A stretch of DNA of 63,837 nucleotides, filler included, from Olpidium bornovanus S191 (GCA_017911155.1; 28 parts of 28 records of this genome joined end to end with filler, not necessarily neighbours in it), one strand, 5' to 3'; positions 47,771 through 61,055 are shown, numbered from the whole stretch's first letter. Program-made: numbers and translations. The notes: a model not told the origin generated them from the sequence alone.

Positions 47771-48505
47771 CTCGGAGTCGCCCTTCTTGGGCTTCCCGGC
47801 TTTCCGCGGGAAAACGATGAGTTTGGACTTGTAGGCCTGAAGGCGAGCGACGTTTAGCTTAAGGCTCTCTTCAGAACGGTTGCGGCGGCGGGGGTCAACC
47901 GAAATGCCAACTGTGAGCGCCTCCTTGCGGCGAATTCCGGCCGCCTGCACGTGTCACGGCGCGGCGAGGTATTCGCAGGCGTCAGCAAACGCGAGCAAAG
48001 GAGCGGGGCGCGGCAGCGCCAACTCGCCGAAGTCTCGCAAAACAGCTTCGTCCCTGCCAGGAGACGGTCAACAAACCTTGAGCTCCTCAAGGGTGAACCC
48101 GCGCCCGGCGCGCAGCTTGATGTTGTACTTGACGGTCGGGCACCTCACGGCCGGCCGCAGCAGGCCGTCGACAGGGCGCGGCGCGATCCGCGTCGCCTTG
48201 GCGATGCGGTTCTGGCGCCTGCGCAGCTTGCGGCCGGGCTGGTCGAACCACGTCCTCACGCGCCGCTGCCAGTCCTTGCGGAAGTGCGCATTGGGCAACT
48301 GGTTGCTGGAGGGGGGTGCCAACGAATTTGGGCGTTTGCGGGTCAGAAGAGAGAGAGGCCGCCGCGCGGGGGGGGGGCGCGGGTTTCGGAAGACGGGAGG
48401 AACGGGCGCGCCGGACGGACGGGCGGACGGACGGACGGCGGGAGGGCACGGACCGCCGACAGCAGGGGAGCGAAACACCACTTCTCACTTGTGTTTCAAC
48501 ACCAT
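47771..48505 (-). CDS. RPL13: 60S ribosomal protein eL13 (last exon missing)
   Basis: Exons 48505-48489, 48305-48077, 47944-47771: [32 protein letters not shown]…[12 protein letters not shown]|[28 protein letters not shown]. Confidence 0.97.
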
Positions 48506-49289
48506 GGCTGCTGCGGGTGTGCGGGTCAGGCACCAAAACAAAGGGCGGGCGGGCGGGTGGGGTGGGTGAGGGCGGGAGGGGCGAGAGAGAAAGAGGCAAA
48601 AAAGCACGCAGGCAAGCAAGGAAAAAAAAAAAAAAAAGAAAAAAAAAAAAAAAAAAAAGCCGGGAAGGAAAAAAGGGGCACCCACAGGATGTGTGTCGCA
48701 CTTTTGCTTAACGCTCCCCCCCCGTCCCCTTTTCCTGGATTCCGCACTCCAAAACCCCCCAAAAAACCAAAAAACATAAAAAAAACCAAAAAAAGCAACC
48801 ACTGACCAGCAGGAAAGCTGGCGCAAGCATCGACAAAACGGAGCCCGCGCCCGCTGCCTCCCGTTTGGCGGGGTTCCGAGGGCACCTGCCCACAGCGGAG
48901 GCAGTAGTGGCGGGGGACACGTTGCGATTGCGCCTCCTTCCCTTCCATGTCTTACTCATGTGCGCATCCGTACTCGGCCCCCGCGGGAGTGACGCCGCAG
49001 ACCTCCATGCAGGGATCCCGACGGGAGTTCTGCCAATGCCCTCTACGCCTGCAAAGGTTCCTCTCGCCGCCGCAGATGCGGAGATGACTGCCTTCAATTA
49101 CACACCAAGGCTTTCTAGGATGGACTTGCATGCTGTTTGGCCTTACAGGCTTCCCAGCGACGATCCAGCACATGNNNNNNNNNNNNNNNNNNNNNNNNNN
49201 NNNNNNNNNNNNNNNNNNTTAATTAATTAANNNNNNNNNNNNNNNNNNNNNNNNNNNNNNNNNNNNNNNNNNNNCATGGAACCACTAGC

Positions 49290-49600
49290 TTTTTGGGAAA
49301 TTTGTAGATATTGGTCTAACTTGGTAGGAATTTGTCCGAAGCGGCTTGCCTGCTCTTCGCCCCGGTGTCACGGCACAGGTTGGTTCCGTCGGCGCAGCGA
49401 GCGGCTTCGCTATCACCGAGGAGTTCGCGACGAACTGGCGGTAACGTGCCGGTCATCCCGAGGTATGTGCGGACCGCAGAGAGGTCCCCTTGGGACTGGG
49501 CATTCCGTGACCGTTTGCCGGATCCGGTTTCAACATCTGCGGGCACATACGTCGCGCTCACCCGATGTCCTTACTCTCTTCGATGACATCATGGCTTTGG
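49290..49600 (-). mobile_element. Ty3/gypsy reverse transcriptase thumb relic
   Basis: GHRVSATYVPAD…LSAVRTYLGMTG / YRQFVANSSVIAKPL…GEEQ follows the gypsy LGHxVS…LRSFLGxxGYYRRFIPNFSxIAxPL pattern, with frameshifts. Confidence 0.65.
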
Positions 49601-50980
49601 TTTTGCTCGCGCGTCGATTGTCACGTTTACCCCACTGCAAAACGTACGCGTACCTCTTCCCCTTCCTCTCTGTTGCACGTCGCGCAGTTCTCCGAAACCA
49701 AAACAAACAATCAAACAGGATGACGAGCCCCGGACGGGGGGGGGGGGGGGCCCCCCCCCCCCCCCCCCCCCCCCCACCCCCCCCCCCCCCCTGGGTCGCC
49801 CCCCCCCCCCCCCGCCCCCCCCCCCCCCCCCCGCCGCCCCTCCGCCCGCCTCCCCGAAACACCAACACAAAACAAAGGGGGGCGGGCGCCGGGGGGGGGG
49901 GGGGGGGGGGCCTACCCCGCCGACCGCGCGCGCGCAACCGCCCGTCTGCCCTGTGAACGCCGCGCCCTCGCTTCGACCGCCGCTCCCTTTCGTTGGCGCG
50001 CTACAGCGGCCCGGAGAGCGCGGCCGTGGTCCGCTGGCGCGCGCAAACGCCGGGAAAGGAGGAACCGCGCGCCGTCCGTCGGCGCCGCGTTCGCGCGCAG
50101 AAGAGCCGCCGCGCCGCGCCGCGCTGTCGGCGCCGAGCTCGCGGCAACAGCGCGCGAGCCGGAAGAAGGAATGCCAGACGAGGCTCAGCGGAGTCCACCT
50201 TGCCCTCGTCACTCTTTGAGAAGAGTTGCGGGGCAGCCGCAAGTGCTTGCTCCCCGGTACTTTCTTCGCGTTACCCCGTTTCGCCGAGCAAGGGAAACCC
50301 CTCAGATATTACGTCCCTTCCCAAACCGTTCTTACAAGATCCGCATGGAAGAAACTTTAGCCCTGCGGGGTGCAAGGCTCGAAATCGCGCCGCTTGACGA
50401 AGCAAACTGGGTCTCAACACCAGCTCTAGTCTATGGTGCCCGGCCGCAAGAACGAGGTTGTAACTCTCACTGGCTGATCTAAATCTAGCGGCTAGGTCGA
50501 TGTGGTGTCGCCTTTCACGGGATCATGACGTTTGAAATTGCAAAGCACGATTGCGAGCATTTTTGGGCAATGCGGGAGCTTCCGCGTACGGCGAGCTTGC
50601 AGTGCTTTGGACTTGTGAGTTTGACCAAAACTGCCGGAGAGCAGGGGTGCAGCCCTTCGCTTTCATGCTTTGGCTGCAGGTTTCGGTCTGAGGCCTTGGG
50701 TCAGAATTTCGGCGCTGCCTTATCACCTGTCAATGTAGCGGTGGTTTCTCAGATATGTCCATGGCAATGGTCTCAATGATTGAGACGGCCTTGTGGCTGC
50801 GATTCCGGTTTTAGTGATCGGTGACGTCGCGGCCGTGGTGGTTGCATCGTGGTGCTTAGTGGGTTTTTTTTTGCGGAAGGNNNNNNNNNNNNNNNNNNNN
50901 NNNNNNNNNNNNNNNNNNNNNNNNTTAATTAATTAANNNNNNNNNNNNNNNNNNNNNNNNNNNNNNNNNNNNNNNNNNNN

Positions 50981-52065
50981 TCCCCAGCGAATGTGTCTCC
51001 TGACGCCTATGTCCAGATGGCCATCCAACTGGCCTACTACCGGCTATTTATGGTTCCTTGTCCGACGTACGAGACTGCATCCACTCGAGTTTTCCGCCAT
51101 GGCCGGACAGAAACCGTCAGGGTGTGTTCGGTTGACAGCGTCAAATTCACCGAGTCGTTTGATAACGGGACTGTAAAGGTGCTGTTTCAATGGATCCGGT
51201 AGTCTCTATAGGTCGCATGTGGCGCTTCTGGGAGGTGTAACTTATTGGATGCGTTTAATCCCTGTGGACAGAAAGAGGAAAGGCTGGCGCTTTTCCAAAA
51301 AGCGATTGCTTCTCACCTGGAATACATGCAGGCGGCCAGCAATGGTCTGTCCCCTTTCTATTTACGCTTCGTTGATATCCGCCTGTACACGGCCTGTACA
51401 CGGAGTTTTGAAGAAGCGGGAGCGAGTTATTTGGTGGCTAAATCCTCTGCCCCCGGCTATTTCGCATTCATCTTGATTTTGTGCAGTGTAGGCAAAGGTG
51501 TTGACCGTCATTTGCTAGGTCTCCGCACGCGCATCGCGAACGAGGATGAGCGGGCGACGGCGACCCTGTTCACGGACCCTAGTTACGCGAAGGCCATGTA
51601 TTTCAAACTGTCTACGAGCAACATGAGCCCCGGAACGTATCTCTGGGGCGGTTTCGCTCCGTGAGTTGCCCCTCTTCCTCGTTGTCACCAATTGCGCACT
51701 CGGCTTTTTCTTTCCGCTTTTTTTTTCTTTCTGCTACAATGCCGCTCTCTTCATTTCTGATCCCCGCGCGCAATCCCTCCTAGTGTCGTCCCAGAAGGTT
51801 TCGGTGAGTACGGACGAGATTTTGTTGTTCCGCTGCAAGCAAACTTTCCGTCCGGTTAAACGCCGATTGTCCTCGCTTGGAACGTCCGACCCGGGCCTGG
51901 GTGCCTTGTCGACAAACGCCAGGCGTAAACTATGCGATCGGAAAGGACATGATCAAATTCTCGGTGGCGACGTGGAAGTCGAGCTGCGAGGCGTCCTCGG
52001 CAGATTTCCGCGAGTCCATCCGCTGCGCTCTGGACGACATGGCCAGAGTTTTCGGGGCGAAGTAG
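50981..52065 (+). CDS. Choline/carnitine acyltransferase, C-terminal part (5'-truncated)
   Basis: SPDAYVQMAIQLAYYR…PTYETASTRVFRHGRTETVR; GKGVDRHLLGL; LFTDPSY…LSTSN…GGFAP; YAIGKDMIKFSV. Confidence 0.93.
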
Positions 52066-52994
52066 CGAGTGCTTGTCGTCTGCATGATGATGTGCTTTTT
52101 GCATTGGAAGAGGAGACCAGTGTAGCATTGAAACAAAAAAAAATTATTAGGCGAAAATGAACTCCCTGAAAGTTGTAGTGCATCTTCAAGCGGGGCGGGG
52201 GTTGGGGGGGGGGGGTTAAAATCTGATTCCGGCGAAATATGTGTCCTCGCCGTTGGATTATTACCCCTGGTCGTGGCGGGCACTCCAGTTCGTCTTCCTT
52301 TGACGACGATCGGCGGCTCTCGTCCCGCTTATCCGTTGATGGCGAGTGTTCCCGGACTCGCCTCTACGTTAGTTTTTTTTTGTTTTTTTTTTTTTGTTTT
52401 TGTTTTTGTTGCTCCCCAATCTCGGGTGGCCCGGCCCGACCGCAGAGGGGTTGCGCGTCGAGTGGATCGCGCGACATTCCGAAAGGTCAAGGATCACATT
52501 ACGGGGGCGGCTGCTAACGCCGCGGGGAGAAATGCGTGCCCGGCTGCAGCGCCCGAAGCGCCCGCCCTGCGTGTCACGCACGAGGTGCACAAGAGCGGGT
52601 TCGAGGCGCACTGGCCATGTTTTCCTATTACGGGATAGGCCACTCGACGCTGGTCCGTATACATTGTTCCTGTTTTCTTGTTGTTGTTATTATTATTATT
52701 TGTTTTCCTTCTTTTTCGTCAACCAGGTACCGGCGGAACCAGACCGACCGCGGGGATGGGGTGTCCCGGAATCTCCTTTCCGGCAGAATCACCGCAGCCC
52801 TGAAAGGGCGCGATGAGGGGGGAAAAAGGGGGGGGGGGGGGGGGGGGGGGGGGGAAAAGAGGGGGGACTTACACACGGATGATTCCCGCCTTTCATTGTC
52901 TCCGGAAACGTCTCTCCGGTCGTATTTTCTGCAGATTTTTGGCGCGGAGTACAGAAAGGCGTCGGTGCCAAGACGCAGTCAGTCCAACCGGCCA

Positions 52995-53067
52995 GGGCAC
53001 ATGGTGAAGTGGCTAACACGCCTCCCTCCGGAGGAGGAGATCCCCGGTTCAATCCCGGGTGTGCTCG
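52995..53067 (+). tRNA. tRNA-Arg-CCG: tRNA-Arg(CCG)
   Basis: Acceptor GGGCACA/TGTGCTC; anticodon arm CCTCC-CTCCGGA-GGAGG; T arm CCCGG-TTCAATC-CCGGG; T-run ~30 nt downstream. Confidence 0.88.
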
Positions 53068-53701
53068 CATTCGATAATAAGTGCTGAAAAGTGCGCCCCT
53101 TTTATTTTTCATCGATCTCANNNNNNNNNNNNNNNNNNNNNNNNNNNNNNNNNNNNNNNNNNNNTTAATTAATTAANNNNNNNNNNNNNNNNNNNNNNNN
53201 NNNNNNNNNNNNNNNNNNNNCATGCCCGGAAGGAAAATTGCGTTGGAATCGAGATCCTCCGCCTACTGAGTTCCTGCAGGCTTCGAAACTCCTCGTTTCG
53301 ATCGTTCGTAATCCACCGCGATGGCATGGCGGACAGCGTAGCGACCGGAGTGTTCCACAGGCAGCATGGTTGCCTCGGGCGGCGCGCGTGCCCCGTCACA
53401 CAAGGCGAGACTGACTTCGGTCATGGCACAAAGTTTCAACGGAGCAAAAGCGAGACGTCAACGGCAAAAATGGAGCGAAAGGCGATGCCAAAGAGACGAG
53501 CCCAACAGCGGACGTGAGAATACGACGCTCCCATTCCCTGCCGCCGCACACCCCGCGGCAAATGTGGATAGCTGGGTAGTGGCTGCGCCGCGCGCAGGCC
53601 GGGAGTGAAACGGGGATGATTGACTCTTGGTGGAACTAAGAAAGCGGGGCGCCGCTGAAGCCAGACGGCGGAGCAACCAGCCCGCACCCGAACACGAGGA
53701 G

Positions 53702-54484
53702 ATGTCGACCGACGGCCCACAGCTGATTGTTATAAAGGCGGAGCCCCTGACAGCAGAGGGGTTCGCGCCGTATGGCTGGGTCGTGGCTGCCGACGCCCCA
53801 GACGCCGCCCCGACGGAAGGCTCCTCGTTCGCCGCCGCGGCCTCCGCGAACCAGGGCACGGCCCGGCGCTTCAACAAGCTGTCGCCGATGACCAACTACC
53901 GCCAGGGCGCCGCCGAAGCCAACGTCTGCGTGTTCCGCTCCGTCCCTACCCCGCGTCTGCCGTTCCCCGTGCGCCTGCTTGAGCGCCACCCGTTCTCAAC
54001 GCAAATGTTCGTGCCGATGACCTGCACCCGTGGCTACCTCGTGATCGTGTGCACGAGCCGGAGGGGACAGATCGCCGACGGCGTCAGGAACCCGCCGGAT
54101 CCCGCGGGACTCAAGGCGTTCATCGCCAAACCCGGACAGGCGATCACGTACGACGTAGGCGTGTGGCATCATCCTATCATTGCGCTCGAGGAGGTCAGTA
54201 TTAGGCCAAGGCGGCATTATTCGAAAATTATTCGAAAAATTATTCGAGAATTGCAATGGGAAGGCACGGTTCCGTGTCGCGTCCTGCGATTTTCCTGGCG
54301 GCTTTATACAAGCGCGGTCCTCTGCTTTGCTGAACCCGCTCTTCAACGTCAAACACAGACAGTTGACTTCGCTTGCGTCGTGTTCGAGGACGGAACGGAG
54401 GGCGATTGCGAAATCGTCAGCTTCAAAGCCCAGGTGGCAGTGCCAAGTTACCGCGGTGCAGAGGAGCTGAAATGCAAACTCTAA
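53702..54484 (+). CDS. DAL3: Ureidoglycolate lyase (DAL3/AllA family), two exons
   Basis: IKAEPLTAEGFAPYG…ANQGTA…LLERHPFSTQMFVPM…AFIAKPGQAITYDVGVWHHPIIAL; intron 54194-54358; TVDFACVVFE. Confidence 0.93.
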   Translation: MSTDGPQLIVIKAEPLTAEGFAPYGWVVAADAPDAAPTEGSSFAAAASANQGTARRFNKLSPMTNYRQGAAEANVCVFRSVPTPRLPFPVRLLERHPFSTQMFVPMTCTRGYLVIVCTSRRGQIADGVRNPPDPAGLKAFIAKPGQAITYDVGVWHHPIIALEEVSIRPRRHYSKIIRKIIRELQWEGTVPCRVLRFSWRLYTSAVLCFAEPALQRQTQTVDFACVVFEDGTEGDCEIVSFKAQVAVPSYRGAEELKCKL

Positions 54485-55451
54485 ATCACGGTCGGCGCGA
54501 TGCCCGGCCGGACGTGGACTTTTCTCTACGTTTTTTTTTTTTTTTTTGCATCAAGACAATGGCACCCGCATGTCTCGATTACGTAAACCATGCAGGATGC
54601 AATTCGCATTTGGAACGTCGCGTTCTGGTTTCTGGTACCTGCGACTCCGTGATGCTACCTCTGCTTATGGCGTGCCTGCATATAGGTCCTTGATGACACG
54701 TACTGCCGACGGTATCTAAAAATTTCCGAACTCTCTCAGGTTCGGGTCTTCAGAGGAAAAATGGTCAAAGGTCGTGCCGTTCTCGGACAAAACCAGAGAC
54801 GCTGTTCGGCTTAGCGCGGCCATCATCAGTCGTATGTTTGCCAGACCCTTCTGCCTCTCTTCCCTTACTCATTCCATGGCCCGCGACCCATCTCCAGCCC
54901 CGGTCCACTTTCCCGCGCTGCCCAGCGCCGTCTTCCAGGGAATTCATTCTGCCAGTACTGGGGGGCTGATACCCTGAAACGTCGCTGCGGCGGTGGCAGC
55001 AAGAAAATTGCTGCTGCCTGGGAACAATTTTCAACGGCGCGGGACTAGGCGCTTCTCCAAGTCTTCGTCTCGGAGCACTTAGCGACCGTGTTCCGATCCT
55101 CACGCTTGAGGACATCCTGAACCTGTGAACAGAACGCAAACACGTCACCGCCCACGTCCACTGATTACATGATGGCAACATTCTTCAATCACGGCTCCCG
55201 TCATTTCCTGAGTCAGCAAGAGCCAGTGATGAACAGAGTCTCGAGGGGGGCGGTGACGGCAGGGCAGTTTGACTGGGCAGCGGCAATGGCGCGGTCGACA
55301 AGCGAAGGTGAGACGACGGGCGACGGAGACGAGAGAGGTCGGCAAGGGTCGCGTTGGACGGAGGCGCGGGCGTTTTCATTTTTTTTTTGCTTTCAGGAGA
55401 GGGCAAAAAAAAGAAAAAAAAATAAATAGAAATAAAATTAAAAAAGTAATA

Positions 55452-58400
55452 ATGACGGCTGGCCCGGAGGCAGAGTTGAGGGTGGCGGCGGAGCACACGC
55501 CGGACATCCAGCGGAAGGGCGAGGCGCGACAGGCGAACCTCGCGCTTCCCCGGGCGCGCTTCCCCGAGACCTCGAAGCGCGCGCCGAGCAGAATGACGGA
55601 CCCGGAGTCGCTGGGAGGAGCCGTTCGGTTGCGGCCGGCGCCGTTGCCGCTCGCGGCCCTCGACTCGTGGGCGCCGCCGCCGGATTCCGACGCAGCGTGT
55701 TCGGCGTCTGGAAGAACCGATCACTGCCGCCCGGCGCCGCCCGTGCCCGCTACCTGCGAAACCGCCTTCCCCGCGGATCACCTCGCGCGACGGCAGGCGG
55801 GCGAGCGTCGCGGCGGGCCGACCGACGGCTCGCGTGCTCAGCCGACGCAGCCGCGGTCGGCCGCCGAGTGCTGGAAGCGGGAAGCTGCGGCTTCGGCCTT
55901 CGGCTTTCGTCACGCACGACAAGCTTCCGGAACTTGCGTTAACACCACCTTTCCCGAAAAGTCTGTCGGTTCTCCGGAAACGAGCGTGGGCTCTCCGTCG
56001 TCGTTCGCGTCGCTCTCGACTTCGCCAATGTCGCCGGTCACCCCTCTCAGCGACGTCGCGGCGGACAAGTCTGTGGCGCCCGTTTTTCCCTCGGTGTTCC
56101 AGGTGCACCCAGACGCTGACACTCTTAGCCCGCTAGAGGAAGATAACCCTGGTTGGGAGTGCTTCAGGCGTAGCTGGCTGTCAAGTGACGCAGACAGAAT
56201 CTCCCACCGGCGCCAAAGCAGCTGGCGCACCATTTCTGGCAGTCTGGCCAGTTCGCTGTGGTCCAGGCAGGACGGCTGGTGGTCGACTGAGGACGAGTCG
56301 GAAGCGGAGTCATCGGGCCACGACGCCGCGGCAGTGACTGGATACCCGAGAAGAATGTCTGTGGCGCGTTCCTTGCCCGCCTCCGTTCCCATCCGGACGA
56401 TTCTTTCATCCCAACAAAACTCTCGGACGCTTGGCGCCCCCGGGACGGAGCTTGTGCTGACCAGTCTTCCGACCGAGGACAGTATCTCTGCGGTGGCCGA
56501 GTCTCCCAAGGTTGTGCCAAGTGATGTTCGTGCAAAAAGCGACGCCAGTCGTCCTGCGGACATTGATCCACGTTCTGGAAAGCCGTCAAAGTTAGGATCA
56601 GTGAACACTAGTAGCGCCAGGCCGCGCCCGCCGCGCCGGATCCGGTCCGCCCAGGAGCTTTTCGCGACCGTAGGGCGCGCCCTATGCATTAGGCGGTCAA
56701 AAAGTGCTGACGCGGCGGCCCTGCGCGATGCCAACGACATTGGTGATCACAGCAGGCGTCAGGACGAAGGGCGGCGGCCGAAGGATGGGTCGAAGGCGCA
56801 GCGGAAGCCTAAACCTGCACTTGAGCGCTACTTCGGCGGCATTGCTAGCCTGGATGCCGCGGGCGCCTGGTTAGGTCGCAAGGCGCCTGATGGGCGTGTC
56901 CAGAGCCGGAGTCGTTCGCTATCGATTGGGGGGGATATAGTCGAACGACAGTATTTGTCATCGAACGCAGACTTTTTCTCTGAGTTCGCAAACAAGCGGA
57001 CGTCTCCGTACTTGGCTACCCAAGGGAGCAGCTCCGAAGTGTCGCGGGCAGCCGAAGTCCCGATGGTTCCGGGGCCCATCCAGCAAAGGAATGCCGTTGT
57101 CTCGAAAGGGAACTGCGCTCCTGGCCAGAATAATACAAAGGGCCTTTTTCCAAAACGCCCTCTTATCCAGGTCGCGCACGGATCAAATCTTTCTGGTAGC
57201 TCGTTCGCCAAGAACAAATGGTGGATACTGGCGGACTGGGAACTGGAAGGGATGTCCGACGGCGAGCCGGAAGTTGTTGGCCTCTGTAACGTGGGCCCCT
57301 CGCCCCACGGAGACGAACGGAATGCGTCCTCGACAGGCGGGCGGCTGCGGCGTCAATCCAGTCCTGCCGCCGCCTGTGGTGGCGAGAATGCGGGCCAATT
57401 TCACGTGGACATCTCTGCACTTTCTCATAGAGAAAGAATGCGCCAAGAGGCAATTTTCGAACTGATTGCAACCGAGCGCGACTACGTCCGGGATCTGAAA
57501 TTAGTGAGCAAGGTAAAAAGCATTTCCGCTGCTTCCGCTTTTTATAGGGTTTTCTCGTCGCGTATTGTTGCGACGGCGTTGTCGCGCTGTGTAACCGAAT
57601 CGTTTTCCCAGTGGTACATCCGAGGAATCAGAAAACAAAACTTGATGGACGAACAATCCATTCAGCTCGTGTTTACCAACATCGAGTCTATATTATCTCT
57701 GAACGAGGAATTGTTGTCCGCGTTGGAGAAACGGCGAAGGGCGGGAAAGGGCATCATCAAGGAGTTGGCGGATATCTTTCTTGATATGGTGAGCACTGCT
57801 TTTAGTCGCGACAACGCGAGCGCCACACCCGCTCCTTTTTTTTATCTCGCTGATTCGTTCCCTCAGGCTCGGCATTTCAAAGTGTACAACATGTATTGCA
57901 GCAACTACACGCGCGCACTGGAACACCTGGCGGACCTGTTGAACCCGTCCGTGCGCTCGCCCGCAGCGCGGTCCCGGAGGGGTTCGGCCGCGGGCGAACG
58001 GGCTTCGGTACTGGCTTCGTTCCTGGATGCGACGGCCGCGCAGCCGTGCATGCGCAACCTCGACCTGCGCGCGTACCTCCTGCTTCCCATTCAGCGGGTG
58101 TGCAGGTACCCTCTTCTCCTGAAGCAGATCTTGAAGCACACCTCGGAGGACGGAAGGGAATACGACACACCGGGCGGCGCAGGAGGGGAAGCAGGCGCCG
58201 GCGTTGTTGCCAAAGGAGAGGCCGAGCGGGGTTTTGGAGCGTCGGCGGATAGCGAGCGATTCAGAATGGAGCGTGCTGTAGAGGTTGCCACGGCTGTTGT
58301 TGACTCTGTCAACGAAAGCAGCCGTTTCGTGGAGGAAATGAAGCGTACAGTCAGGCTGTCCGAGACAATTCGGATTGACGAGGTGATCGGTGTGGATTTC

Positions 58401-59519
58401 GGCGAACCTTCAGCTCTGTCGCTTGTCTGGGTAACCCATTTTACGCGTGTTTACATATCTTCGCCTTCTCAGTCAGTTCTGCCTCCCGACAGCTCGCGCC
58501 GTATCATCCACCAAGGAACCGTGCACAAGGTTTCCACCCTTGCCGGAAGTTCCTCCTCCCGCAGGGTTTTGTCAGCCCCGCCGAACTGTTGCGAGGCGAT
58601 GTTTACAGGCAATGCGCACGGTAGCGGTCCGGCGGAGCATCCTTACCTGCCGAGGCAGGTCTCGAGGAGCTCGCACGTGCCGACGGACTCGTGGTCGTCC
58701 GGCGAATGGTCTTTCCGGCCCTTGGTCTCGCCGACGACAACGACGACTTTCGGGTCTTCCCAATCCAACTACCGGCTCTCCCGCAGGGCCGCCATCCTCT
58801 TCAGCGACTGCCTCGTGTTGGCCAAGCCGCGCTCGAGAATTCTGTTTCCCGCGAGCGCGCGAGGGACGAACAGCCGAGGGGCCAAGCTGGTCGCCCGAGA
58901 CGTTCTGCAACTGGCCGAGTACGGCGTGCGGGACCTTCCTGATACCCAAGGTGAGGTCTTCCCCCCTCCTTTCTCTTTGCGACTTTTCTGGTAGGACGCT
59001 CTCTTAACTTACGGCCACGTCGGTAAACTTCACCCCCCACCTCCCCCCCCCACCCCCCGCACCGCAGAGTTACAGAACGCTTTTGAACTGTACCCGGTCG
59101 GCAGAGCGCCGCCGCGCACGGAAGGCGCCGCTTGTCGCCCGGATCCCCTGCCGGGCACCGCGCCGGGCTCGACGTGGACGTCGCCGCCCTCGTCGCCGGC
59201 CGTTCTCGGCGCGGGCGACGCGGCGGCGCCCTCCGTCGCCTTCCCAAAGCCGTTCCTCGGCGTTCTGTCGGGATTCGGCCGCACCCACAGCAACGCGGAC
59301 TACGTGCTCGTCGCGCCCGGCGCGGCGGCGAGGCCCCCCGCCCCGCCCGCCTGCCACCGCCGCTGCCGCTCCTTCGCTGCCTCCGCCTGCTCCGCCTCGC
59401 CCGCCGGCGGCGCGGTCGCCGGTCCGTTGATCCTTTGCGCCCCTTCCGCGGCCGAAAAGGCCGCCTGGTTGGCTCACATTACCTCCGCCGCGCGCGCGCC
59501 GAGGACTGGGAACCGGTGA
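55452..59519 (+). CDS. Rho guanine-nucleotide exchange factor (DH-PH) with long disordered N-terminus
   Basis: ERMRQEAIFELIATERDYVRDL…VFTNIESILSLNEELL…YNMYCSNY…LDLRAYLLLPIQRVCRYPLLLKQILKHT; PH region AILFSDCLVLAKPR…LCAPSAAEKAAWL. Several introns. Confidence 0.92.
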
Positions 59520-59724
59520 CGTGCGCCGGATTCGGGGAAGACGGGGAGGGGGGGGGGGGGGTTTGGGGGGGGGGGGGGGGGGAGGGGGGAGGGGGGGGGG
59601 GGGGGGGGGGGGGAGAAAGGCGGCGNNNNNNNNNNNNNNNNNNNNNNNNNNNNNNNNNNNNNNNNNNNNTTAATTAATTAANNNNNNNNNNNNNNNNNNN
59701 NNNNNNNNNNNNNNNNNNNNNNNN

Positions 59725-60500
59725 NGATTTTCCATCCACACCGCTTCTCGCGATCGCACTTCTCCCCCCTGGCGATCTTCTTCCCGCTGGGGCGGCAACT
59801 CTGTCGCCTGAGCGTAGGAAATGGGCGTCACCGGCGATGCGCCGACTACGCTGCGTGCGCGTCGTGCCGCTTCCCGGTCCCCTGCCGCCTGGGCAAGGAG
59901 CTGTCGCTCCTGTTCACGCAACTGCGCGAACACACGGTGTCGTTCAGCCTCTAGCTGGCGTAACCCGTCGGCAGCAGCCGCATCAATGGCAGCCTGCCGC
60001 TCACGCTCCTTTCAAGTGAGTTCCTCGGCTTCTCGACGAGCGGCTGCCGCAATCTCCACATCTCGCTGGATCACGGCGAGCCTCCTCTGATGTCGTTCCA
60101 ACTGCTGCTGGAACAGGAGGCGAGTTGCCTCCAACTTTTTTTGCGCCTCGCACGCAATCTCATCGTCCATCCTAATCGGAAGAATGTGGGAAACATCGAA
60201 GTCAGGGTTAGACTCCGTACCCTGAGCAACCATTGTCGCATCCGGGTAGTTTCCCGTCCCATCGCTGATGGAACCGCGCTAACTAGCGCTTTCGACGGCA
60301 GCTATGCCGTGCGGGTATGCCCTCTCGGCATCCTGGTTGTTGGTCACCCGCGGCATCTGCACTGCGGCCATCTGCATGCCCAATGCCAGTTCAGCACTCT
60401 GCGCCTCCATCTCGGCGTTCCAGCTTTTTCTGGCGGCGCTCTGCGCCGCAGCCGTCACAGCGCGCGGTGTCGGGCAATTTCTTGCCCTGGGGAGTCGGGG
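59725..60500 (-). pseudogene. Coiled-coil reading frame interrupted by two in-frame stops (possibly retroelement gag/ORF1-derived)
   Basis: ORFs 60279-60827, 60012-60233 and 59670-59933 share one frame, separated only by TAG (60281-79) and TGA (60014-12). Confidence 0.5.
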
Positions 60501-61055
60501 CGCCCGCACGGATCCCTTTTGTTTCCCCCGCCCCACTCTCTCTCGTTGTAAAACGAAAGGCGACGACCACACCAAAAATAATAAACAAAACGAAGGAACC
60601 TTCGAGCGGGCAGCGAACGTTTGGTCCGGACGCTGTGCGACCGTGCCCCTCCAACGACGGGGGGTTGGCGCGCTCCTCAGGTTCGAGAACCTTGGCTGGG
60701 CGCCCGTACGATCGCAGACTCCTTCGAAGGCCTGCGGAGAGCGAGCGTGCCCGACAGCGGAGAAGTCCCTTGCCGCCCGGCAGCAACAGAGCCTCGGGCT
60801 ATCCTCAACAGCACCCTGCGAACTCACGTCGGGTCGAGTTATTACCCGACAGCGGCGCCGTCTCGGCGCCCCTTCTCTGTGCCGTTGCGGTGCTCTGCGC
60901 CGCCGTCTGCACTGCCGCCGCGGCGCTTCCCGCCGCCATTGCGGGGCGCGGCGCCNNNNNNNNNNNNNNNNNNNNNNNNNNNNNNNNNNNNNNNNNNNNT
61001 TAATTAATTAANNNNNNNNNNNNNNNNNNNNNNNNNNNNNNNNNNNNNNNNNNNN

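Noticed and set aside
55050-55115. HemC-like start MSSSVRIGTRSL on the minus strand
   Set aside because: Similarity is limited to RIGTR and no porphobilinogen deaminase sequence follows.
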